Shown here: positions 13,706 through 23,678 of the stretch, piece by piece
How positions within the stretch are numbered: position 1 is the first letter of the stretch
Layout of the letters: each line of letters opens with the position of its first letter
Source of the DNA: Octopus bimaculoides
Lineage: Eukaryota
Direction: 5' to 3'
Length of the DNA stretch: 43,472 nt
Assembly (NCBI RefSeq): GCF_001194135.2
Contig: NC_068984.1
Location: 34,956,003 to 34,999,474, forward strand
Translations under genes and position numbers: made by a program
The notes under the pieces: generated by a model
The model's input: the letters and a program-made list of their open reading frames with translations, nothing else
Database searches by the model: none
Told to the model about the DNA's origin: nothing

Positions 13706-13882
13706 TTATAAATCAAATATTTTCTTATCCTTCCTTAATACCGGTTCCTATATGCTACTCATAACTGCACTCGGTTTGCTTAAGAGGTTGTTATGTCCTA
13801 GCATATGTGCTGCTTCTTTTAGTTTTCGCATTTTCCAGTCGTGTACTCTGTCTATTATTTTAACTTCATCACACAGGCGGAG
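13706..13882 (-). pseudogene. PLE ORF C-terminal remnant (end of GIY-YIG endonuclease domain), one premature stop
   Basis: Manual translation LRLCDEVKIIDRVHDWKMRKLKEAAHMLGHNNLLSKPSAVMSSI*EPVLRKDKKIFDL* fits the V-x-I-I-D...W..R-K-L-K-E-A tail of PLE GIY-YIG domains, and it lies directly upstream of the ribozyme-bearing repeat. Confidence 0.7.
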
Positions 13883-13945
13883 GTTGTGTTAACAACAAGC
13901 AGCATGAGGACAAATATCCGTCAAATGTAAATAATGCAAATAACG

Positions 13946-14102
13946 TGTATGTATGTATGTATGTACTTATGCATGTATAGATGTACTTATGCATGTATGG
14001 ATGTATGTATGAATGTATGTACGTATGTATTTATACATGCACATATATATATGTATGTGTTTATATGCGTGTGTGTGTATAAACATGTCTATGTATGTGT
14101 GT
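13946..14102. repeat. (TATG)n/(TG)n microsatellite
   Basis: Direct reading. Confidence 0.9.
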
Positions 14103-15029
14103 ATATAATCGTACTTAGCTGCTTCATGCAATTTGTTTGGAATATTATATATATTCGTCTAAATCATTGAACAGCGATCAGTAATAGCATATCATCTGGG
14201 GAGCTACTGAATGACCCTTCTGAGATTTCACTGTTCCTATGTAAGAATGTTCCAGGTGTGAAATATTGTTACTGTAGGACTCTACATGCGTGGAAACAAC
14301 TGATGCGTGTTAAGAAAGAAATTACAAAATCTGCAACAGTTTGTTGTGATTGAATTAATATAATCCTTAGAGGTTGGAATAGAACAATCAATTGTGTTAG
14401 GTTCAACTTCATGCGCTGTCTTCCAATATTGCCGGTCATGCTTCCATAGTCGAGAAATTAAAGTACTATTAATGTACAGGCTTGATATAACTGTCTCTAA
14501 CTTTCTTCCAAATTTGAGGAAAAGTACATGTCTTAGAAATTATTAATGTTCGATGAAAGATATAAGATCACTAATACTTTGTTTTCAGGTATATTTAGAA
14601 TCACATAATACAAAATGCTTTTGTTTTAAAGAAGGTAACGTGTGGTTTAAATGAAACTTCTACCATATGTCAACGAATCCGAGTGGCTATGTTGCGGCTT
14701 CCTTATTACAACTATTAATACAAAAGGAATTTGAAGAGGTGTAGCAAATCTGCTGCTATTATGTCTACTAATCCAAAATGTACATATATATTTTCAATAT
14801 TTAGTTATCACGCACCCAAAGTTATTTTAAATTCCAGTTCACAGAGAATTTCGTTTTAATTATGAACTAATATTGAATAGTGTGCTTCCAATTGGAAACA
14901 ATCCAAGACGGCAGAAATTTGAATATGATCATTTTTGTTGTTGCTCAATTCCAGACTTGTTGTGAATGAGAACTACGATCCGAAGCATCCCAAGTGCAGA
15001 TATTCCATCTTATTTTCCGACGCATGATT

Positions 15030-15068
15030 AGATTTATAGGTATTCACTTCCTGTTTCTAGCCAATAGA
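15030..15068 (-). promoter_or_regulatory. Candidate Pol II core promoter (CCAAT - ETS - TATA)
   Basis: Minus strand CTATTGGCT AGAAA CAGGAAGTG AATAC CTATAAAT shows three motifs in canonical order within 40 bp. Motif evidence only. Confidence 0.25.
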
Positions 15069-17633
15069 ATAGCAGAGAAGCTGAAGTGCTAGCTATTAGA
15101 CATTGTTTTCTTTTGGGAAGGAACTTAAAGTTCAACGGATATTATCACACAGATTATATTATTTGTGGCAGTATCTGATTAATTACTATATTTTAGTTCA
15201 ATTTCTTGCGCCGCTTGAACAATGCCAATCGAAAACGAGCTCGGTCTATTATCTATTACAGAAACTTATACCATTGTCTCAAAGATCAGTTGTCTGTTGT
15301 GTTTCAAAGTTAGGAGATATTAAAGAACGCATTTCTTTGGTGACAGTAGATTTGAGAGCAGGCAGAATAAGAACTAGTTCTTAACTCTACAGCTAAACAA
15401 TCTCGGCATTTTAGTATGTTTTCTAATATATACATATACATCTATACATACATACTTACATACATAAGCAAACATACCCGTTTGTCTTATTGGTATTAGA
15501 TTGCAGTGTGCCCATCTCATATTTCACTTTTCTCCCGCAGTTTTTCCCTCTATGCATCTACAAAACCTTTCTATATCCTCAAGCTATGAGTAATTCAAAT
15601 TGTATACATACCCATATGTGTGTGTGTATGTGTGTGTGTATGTGTGTGTGTGTGTATGTGTGTGTGTGAGTGCGCTATTGCTTTTCTTGATTCCTTACTA
15701 ATCCGTAATCTTGTATGACATTGCTGACTAAGCACATTTTATAACTTCCGGCCAGTATTTAGCCCTTCCCGTTTCCGTTACCCATTTCCACTCAATCACC
15801 TTTTATTGTCGTTGTATTCTCCTTATTCAACGATGACGTGGCTCATCGTTAACCATTTTAATGATCAATAGTCATGTTGGCAAGTAAACTACTAGATTTC
15901 GCTAAATAGCACACATAACTTAACTGTTCCGAAATTCATTTCCGCTTCATTTCCTTTGTTATCTCGTGATAAATACACGCTTCTTGCAAAATCAGCCAAC
16001 ACTAATACACACGCAACATTCCACATCTTATAGCTAACTATTATACGTATCTATAACGGATAGATTATCTTACCCTAGTTAATTTCATTGCTCAAAGATC
16101 GAAGTGTGTGATTTATCTATAGTAAGTATTTTTAAAAAAATGAACTTAAACTGTGATAATACGCCTACAATTATCAACTTATTTTACAAACTTCAGCAAA
16201 TGTATTATGTTATGTCACTGACTATTACAGAAGTATGTCGATTAAAGTTGACAGGTTTTAAATTGTTTTTTGTTATGCAACCCAAACTCGGTAGTATGAA
16301 AGGAAACTTAAAACTAATTCGGTTCTATCCATGAGCAACCAGACTGATTTTTCCAGCAGTATATATAGAATTAGCCTACTCAGTATATCCTACTTATTTC
16401 TAAAAGCAATATAAACGTCATAAAATATTGGTATTATTTCATACGGCTGTGTTTATAAGTCATAGCTATTATAAATGTGAAAGATCCAGAAATCAATTAA
16501 TGACAGCTTGAAAGCTGAAATGTATAATATACTCTATTCAGGAGAATATCTTTGGGATATAAAGTAGTTTTTCTATTTCAGTTTCGTATTACATTTGCGT
16601 TTTAGGTACTGTCTGTACTGGGATTGGCAGATTTTATTAGTAATCACGTAGATATCCTGGTGCTGAATTTAGTCGCAGACGCAGAGACAGGGTGAAAGGG
16701 TTTCGATGTAGATAAAACAAAACACACGTGTAACAGAGTAGCCACAGACGATCAAACAGAGGAAGAGCAAAAACCACTAAAACGCAAACATGACGGTAAC
16801 AGAAACGATTGCAGAAACGAAAAGAAAAACGGCCTTGAAATCAAAGGGAACTGAACCGAAGGGAAAGGTGAAAAGGAATATTAAGTGCGGCCAAAATATC
16901 TGACAGTTTGTATTGCAGAATTACTTCGCATAATAAACGAACTGCTAATAGTCAGTATAAACGAATTTCGGGAATAACTACTTTTAAAATAGAATGCATA
17001 GATATTAGGTGAAATCAGATCGCAATACGTGGAGATAGGAGAAACAGGTTGCTGGTATCCGCAAATTTCATATCTAATAAATATTAACCAACAACTGAAG
17101 TGTGGGACCCTTGGTGGCACCTTTTCCCTGAAATAAAACAAGTCGGGGTATATGGACAGGGAAGAGTGAAGATTATCAAGCAAAAATCAAAATTATGAGA
17201 TGCTGTGAACAAATCATGATGGAACTCTTACTTTTAGTATATATATTTATAGAATATATATTATCATACAATTTCCAAAATAAATAGCTACTTTTATCAA
17301 TGATATGTTTAACTGTCTAATGTGACAAGTTCTATTTCCCGTTCTATAACTTTGTCTCGCTGCATGATTCCAGCGGTCATGATTGCAGCGGGAAGGCTTT
17401 GTAGCTAACACAGGAATTAATTCGACAGTGGATTTACGGATTCACACAAAAATCAGACGAAATACCTTATGGTGATTTTTCCAGTTATTTACATTGAATA
17501 GAAATCCAATGTAAAGTTAGCCTTACATCGTTCCGAGGATTTCAATCGAAGTTTCAATGCAATGGCCTCCTCTTCTCTCCACAACTGTTTAGGCTTATTC
17601 CTCTGTTGCAATATTATTATATCTAGGTTGGTA

Positions 17634-17855
17634 AGGGGGGCGAGCTGGTAAGATCGTTGGTAAGCCGGGGAAAGTGCTTAGAAGCATTTCGTCCGTTTTT
17701 ACGTCCTGAGTTCAAATTCCGCCGAGGTCGACATTGCCTTTCATCCATTCGAAGTGGATAAAATAAATACAAGTTCAACACTGAGATTGATGTAATCAAC
17801 AATCCCCTTCTCCAAAAACGTCCGTCTTTGTGCATACCATAGAAAGTAGTATTTT
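17634..17855 (+). mobile_element. tRNA-derived SINE, near full length
   Basis: A-box-like GAGCTGGTAAGATCG and B-box GAGTTCAAATTCC. Body CCGAGGTCGACATTGCCTTTCATCC...GATAAAATAAATAC is shared with other copies in the window. Confidence 0.85.
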
Positions 17856-18779
17856 TATATCGTTGCTTTGTCTCAATTCAACCCTAGTCAAACTCTATAA
17901 TTTAATGCCCTCTGAACATGTCACACAAAACGTTATAAAATGTTCTTCTCTTAATGACAGCAGGCTGTCGTTAGATGGAGATTTAGCTGTTATGTCTCGG
18001 GAACAGATGCAGGTACTGTTCTTTGTATAAAAACAGTGACAAGATTACCACTAGCCGGTGTTAGTGTTTTCTCTTATGAGAAATACTTTATATTTTCTGA
18101 CAGTAAAGTTATGAAGAATTCGCCAATTTATCTCGTAGGTAATATTTCTTATTTAGTTTCAAAAAACAAAAACAAAAAAAAACTGTTATATCCTTAGGGA
18201 TAAACGAATAATGCGTACTATTTAGCGAAATCTAGTAGTTTACCGCAACAGTGTAATAACAATATGATTGAAATAAACAGTAGTAAGAACACGGAACGTA
18301 ACAACAAAGCTCCAACACGCTAATTCGAAATATAAACTTTGAACTTCAGCTATCAACATACGAAATGTCGAAATAGCATGAACTGATTTCTTTCATTAGG
18401 CATAAAGCCTCTTATAAAGGTGGGACGATACAAAGACAGAGAAAACAATACAGTGGGGTGCACAAAACATATAACGGATGAAATTATGAATAAATGATAA
18501 ATGAGATGAAATGACTCACCTGCCCCCACAAGTAGGCAGTGCCATTTAACTGTTTATGTATCTCGTTTAACTTTTCGGTTCAATATTCGATTTTATATCT
18601 TTTTTTCTTCTTATCTGTAAAGTCACTAGTAATTCAAATTTTAAGAAGTTTACTTACTTTCTTTTATGCTAAAAAGTGCGTTATATCCTCAAATGCAATT
18701 CATCAAATCGAAACTGTAACAGTGATATCTCTACCATTTCCCCGAACAGTTCCTTCACCATTTCACTTCTCTCTTTCAT

Positions 18780-20005
18780 AATCAAGACCGATTTAAATCC
18801 TTCATTGCACGTTTAGGGGCTAATTTCACCCTAATTACATTTTTCACATTCGTGATCTCATTTTCAACTTCCACACTTTTTTCTGTACTGCATCATTGTT
18901 CTTAATTGTCTTACATGAAGCGACTAACAGGGATGCCTCACTTACTCAGACCGCTTTTTGATGGCTCCACTCTTTTCGAGTCTGTACAACTTTTCATTTA
19001 CGGTCTCAACTGCCGCGAACAGTAATTTGTTGTTATTTTAAATCCAGATACAGTGTTTTCACTTACTTGAATATAGGCTTCCGTCTTTCGTTTTACACCT
19101 AAATCCTCTGATAATACTTGCGGTAATATTTTTTCAATGTTTTTTTCATTTCTTCCGAAGACATGATTTTCAACGGGACAACCATTTATGTTATTGCAGT
19201 AAATATTTATGAGGAGTGCTATAAATGGAATAGTTTCAACTAATCTGTGCCAGACAGATTGATTATAGTATCCACAACGAATAATTTTGCTTCGCGTGTC
19301 TCTCCTCTAAATATGACGTCCATACATGTATTGCCTACGAAATGTAATTTATCGCCCCTTACACCACCTGGTACTTTCGCTGTTTTACGTAATATCGTAT
19401 CTGTATTTATAACTGAGATGCCACTAACTGAGTCTAACTGTAATTTGGTATTCACATCATTTATTTTTACTCAAACGAATTTTCTTGTTTTTCCGTCGAA
19501 ATCACTTTCCGATGAAAACACTGTAGACTTTTTTGTGTTTGAGCCTCGAAGTCTTGTTCCACAATGAAAGCTGTGTCCCAACGTCTGACAACTATAGCAC
19601 TTTTTGTTTTTAAGTGACAATCCTTTTTGTAGTGTAGGCCTACACAACCATAACACAGAGTGGAGTCAGACACTTTTGGGGATTGCACATTTGAATTTTT
19701 GTAGAATCTTTATCTTGTATTTTTTTTTTCACGTCAAATTTCACATCAAACTTAAAATTTACCATAGTCTGATATTCTTCTGCGATGGTCTATAGAGATA
19801 AATCCCGGTTCGAATTGTAAACTTTGAACTAACAACACAGGAACTGTGGAACTAGCACGGACTACCTCACTTATTCAGACGGCTACTCTTTATATGTAGT
19901 GGTCCATTCCATTCTCACCAGGGAGCGTCGTACTCTCGCTCAACAAAAACTATTCCCGCTGTCTTCGCAACCTTTCCCCAACCGATGATATCGTTACATG
20001 TAACA
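18780..20005 (-). mobile_element. Ty3/Gypsy (Mag-like) LTR retrotransposon remnant: putative LTR, gag zinc knuckles, protease, RT start
   Basis: Minus strand has two knuckles CYGCVGLHYKKDC and CYSCQTLGHSFHC, protease-like KLQLDSVSGISVI, and RT N-terminal PQVLSEDLG...FAAVETVNEKLYRLEKSG. Frameshifts and stops throughout. Putative LTR starts TGTTAC at 20005. Confidence 0.85.
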
Positions 20006-21329
20006 TTCTACTTTACTTATTCCGAGCAAACGACAGCACTTAATACCTGCGCAAGCAGCTAATATTCTTAGAAATCAGGGCTTCGCACAGCAGATACTTT
20101 CAGGTTTGGAAGGCTGCAGCCAATTTGATTAAGGGAAGGGACGAGTGATATGTCAATGTCAAAGAAGTGACAGTTAAAGAGCAAATATTTCAAATGGGAT
20201 TAGGTCACTGCATCTGTTGAAAATGCAAACAGAGATATGTCTGTAGGTCTGAGGTAGTGTATATATTTCAACATCATGCTAAAAGGTAGTGTGTTCTTCT
20301 TCTGCATTCAGTCTAGAAATGTGTTTGTGCGAGTATGTAACTATTACACTACTCCGAAATATGAGTCTTCAGTTTGTATCTCACTGAACTATCGAGGATT
20401 TTATAGTTGTTTGGAGCGAATTTTTTTCTGAGTCCGAAGAGAAGGCTAGTCTCTTCAGGTGTTGTCATCCTGTTAAAAACGTGCATGCGCAAATAGAAAT
20501 CTGAACACGAAATATTATATCGAGTGTATACACACACACTTCTTTATGGAGACATAGACGTCTCAGGTATCACAGAAAGCAAATTTCTTCAAATCTCACT
20601 TGAGTCTTTTTAGCATTGATTTGGTCAGGAATACCAAAACTCCATCTCATTCAAAATATATTTTACTTTCTCAAATCACCGCATGGAATGAATTCTCGCT
20701 GTCTCACTAAATGGAGAATAAGGAAGGCGAGATTTGATTGGGCGCTGTACTAATATGTTATATAACCGTCATAGTATGATACGGCGTCTCGTATTTACCA
20801 TATACCACAAACAAAAAAATTCATATTCATATACCCAGAACTGAACTGCACTAGATAAACTCTGTATATATATATGCAATTATTCCATTGCATTCTTCAG
20901 TAATTTGTAGATATATATAAATTCTTCCCCCGTTCTCAAGAAAAATCAATTAAAATTTGAAGCGATGAAAATCATGTGCCTGAGAAATTCCATATGTTAA
21001 TGTTGTCTAGAAATTAAGAGAAATTATCAACCAAGTAAATATGAATTGGCCAAATACTTGAACTTTGTAACATACCTAATTAGCTGGTTAATTGATTTAT
21101 CTTGGCACAAACACCTTGGAACGGTGAGAAGTTCTAATTGACCTTGTCTTCTACTTTTTCTTCAGATGTATCGCCAAATTTGAATCTATTTTCAACAAGT
21201 ATGTTGTGCAACGTACATCCTAATGCAATAATATTTTGCACAGTACATGTGTTTTTATTATATTTTACCAAGTAAACATTTATTTACGTAGTGGTTCACA
21301 TTCGAGTCACAAACAGTCACAGTAGAGTA

Positions 21330-21535
21330 TTTAATTATGATAACTGATTTAGGTACAAACTCTGCAGTTTTGAAGAAAGAGGGAGTTAATTAATACCGTC
21401 AGCCTCAGCACTAAACTGGTATTATATTTTATCGACCCCTGTGGGATTAAAGGCAGAGTAGACCTCAGGAGTATTTGAAATCAGAGGAAATATCGGATAG
21501 CATTTTTCTGGCGATTTAACTATTCTGCCGCTGGT
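21330..21535 (-). mobile_element. tRNA-derived SINE, same family as 17634-17855
   Basis: Plus strand TTTTATCGACCCC...AAAGGCAGAGTAGACCTCAGGAGTATTTGAA is the reverse complement of the SINE body and B-box. Confidence 0.75.
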
Positions 21536-22069
21536 TCTCTTAGCTCAGTATCAAATAAAACGAGATTAGTTCGATATTGATATCTCTCTAGAATATGACA
21601 GCATAACTATTGGATTCTACATTTTAAAGAAAATGAGCAATGCTTACGTAGATAATAGGAAACCATCTGAACAGAGATTCAATGGTATATAAAAGCTTTA
21701 ATGCTAGGCTTCTTCGTAAGGTCATTAGATGTCTCAATATTTACGCTTTCCAAGTAATTAGGTGAATACCACTATTTCGTAGAGCATGTGCACTTAATAT
21801 ATAATGTGTCTACATGCAATGTTCATAGCGTAGATTATACTTGGTGTACTAATCAAATCTTGAATATACCTACTAACATATTGAACTCCGATTAGGTACA
21901 TTATAATATGTAGTTTCATTCCTCTGCTTATGTAGTATAAACCAAGCTGCAATGATTTTAAATGTTATTGCACCAGAGTAGAAAATATCAATGCATTCAA
22001 TGAACCAAACCACTACATATATTACTTGAGGCGTAAGTTTAAAAAAATATATTATCAACCTCACTATCA

Positions 22070-22205
22070 TTAACATAATTATCGTCATCGTCGTCGTCGA
22101 CGCCATCATTATCCTCACCGCCGTCATTGTCACCATCATCATTATCATCATCATCATCGTCATTATTAGTTAGCTTTGTTGTTGCTTTTGTTGTTATTAT
22201 AACTA
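22070..22205. repeat. Degenerate trinucleotide tract (CAT/CGT, then TTG/TTA)
   Basis: Direct reading; explains ORF 21873..22163. Confidence 0.9.
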
Positions 22206-22244
22206 CTTGTGTATGAACGAATGTATAGCGAGTGGTGGGGAAAA

Positions 22245-22274
22245 AGAGAGAGAGCGAGCGAGAAAGAGTAAGAG

Positions 22275-22317
<43 letters not shown>

Positions 22318-22341
22318 GAGAGAGAGAGGGTGAGAGAGAGA
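22245..22341. repeat. (AG)n microsatellite
   Basis: Direct reading. Confidence 0.97.
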
Positions 22342-22948
22342 TGGAGAAACCAGTGTCTGTGTTTCTAAGTTTATTCATGCAGCTACGGTTCTAAGCTTTC
22401 GCCATTAATAAAGTTAATTTAGCAAAGACACATTATATTTCGTGACAAGTGGACAATTTATCTACTTATTTCTCTCGCTTACTGGTACTTATATTTCTGT
22501 TATCGATTTCGAGAAAGTGAAAATCCAACACACTTTCGCTAAAAGAATATACGTTTTTAAGTTATACAATATTTTCTTGCAGAAATATAGAGCTCTTAAC
22601 CGAATTATATTGAGCAAATAGTGAATTCATACGAAGAAGCATTATTTCAGTATTCTGAAGTATGTGATATCGTAGTCATTAATTTTTCCGTAATAATATC
22701 AAGGGATATAGGATATTATAAGATATTATTAGATGTACCCCTAAAATTGTTGATGTAAAAATATTGTACGTTTACGACTTGGATTTTGTATATTGATACT
22801 GCTTAATAGAATACTAAATAATTTATATTAAATGTGATCATATCTCCGCATATGTCGTACAATTACAATTTTGTTCCATTCTTTGGAAACATTAAGAATG
22901 TACATTATTTACATTTGACGGATATTCGTCCTCATCTTGTTTGTTGTT

Positions 22949-22994
22949 AACACAACGTTTCGGCTGATATACCCTCCAGCCTTCGTCAGGTATC
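22949..22994 (-). ncRNA. Minimal type I hammerhead ribozyme
   Basis: GATAC CTGACGA A GGCTG-GAGGGTATAT-CAGCC GAAAC GTT GTGTT: CUGANGA and GAAA cores, 5-bp stem II, 5-bp stem I with G-U pairs, GUU cleavage triplet. Confidence 0.8.
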
Positions 22995-23064
22995 TTGGGG
23001 AAATTTCGAACCTGGGTTCTCATTCCTATCGATGTTACTATTATTATTATTATTATTACTATTA

Positions 23065-23593
23065 NNNNNNNNNNNNNNNNNNNNNNNNNNNNNNNNNNNN
23101 NNNNNNNNNNNNNNNNNNNNNNNNNNNNNNNNNNNNNNNNNNNNNNNNNNNNNNNNNNNNNNNNNNNNNNNNNNNNNNNNNNNNNNNNNNNNNNNNNNNN
23201 NNNNNNNNNNNNNNNNNNNNNNNNNNNNNNNNNNNNNNNNNNNNNNNNNNNNNNNNNNNNNNNNNNNNNNNNNNNNNNNNNNNNNNNNNNNNNNNNNNNN
23301 NNNNNNNNNNNNNNNNNNNNNNNNNNNNNNNNNNNNNNNNNNNNNNNNNNNNNNNNNNNNNNNNNNNNNNNNNNNNNNNNNNNNNNNNNNNNNNNNNNNN
23401 NNNNNNNNNNNNNNNNNNNNNNNNNNNNNNNNNNNNNNNNNNNNNNNNNNNNNNNNNNNNNNNNNNNNNNNNNNNNNNNNNNNNNNNNNNNNNNNNNNNN
23501 NNNNNNNNNNNNNNNNNNNNNNNNNNNNNNNNNNNNNNNNNNNNNNNNNNNNNNNNNNNNNNNNNNNNNNNNNNNNNNNNNNNNNNNNNNNNN
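23065..23593. other. Assembly gap (one of ten: 3935-4404, 7133-7565, 12118-12416, 13488-13566, 23065-23593, 25440-25545, 26824-26847, 34422-34661, 35628-35653, 41779-42191)
   Basis: Runs of N, mostly flanked by simple repeats. Confidence 1.
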
Positions 23594-23632
23594 ATCGATA
23601 GGAATGAGAACCCAGGTTCTAAATTTCCCCAA

Positions 23633-23678
23633 GACACCTGACGAAGGCTGGAGGGTATATCAGCCGAAACGTTGTGTT
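23633..23678 (+). ncRNA. Minimal type I hammerhead ribozyme
   Basis: GACAC CTGACGA A GGCTG-GAGGGTATAT-CAGCC GAAAC GTT GTGTT. Stem I GACAC/GUGUU, stem II GGCUG/CAGCC, helix III reduced to palindromic ACGU. Predicted cleavage after 23673. Confidence 0.85.

Larger units (their letters stand above)
13196..13945 (-). mobile_element. Penelope-like element (PLE) insertion, 5'-truncated, with inverted terminal-repeat fragment
   Basis: Minus strand order: GIY-YIG-type C-terminal coding remnant (13882-13706), tRNA-like unit, (AAT)n, terminal repeat with hammerhead core, end ...ATAGAACTGT at 13196. An inverted terminal-repeat piece lies on + at 13883-13945. Possible 11-bp TSD TGTATGTTTGT (13185-13195) / TGTATGTATGT (13946-13956). 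Confidence 0.85.

Noticed and set aside
14180-14600. Possible second hammerhead (CTGATGC...GAAAT) in a repeat-like block
   Set aside because: The core is non-canonical and no stem II forms. The family cannot be assigned from one copy.
16700-17180. Possible LINE endonuclease remnant on + (ILGEIR-like)
   Set aside because: Only one weak motif among many stops, which is not enough to call.
20250-20270. TGAGGTAGT, matching the first 9 nt of let-7
   Set aside because: The remainder diverges and no complementary hairpin arm is visible.
20420-20460. CTGAAGA...GAAA on the minus strand resembling a hammerhead
   Set aside because: No stem II pairing in register. It is only a small GAAGAG/CTCTTC inverted repeat.
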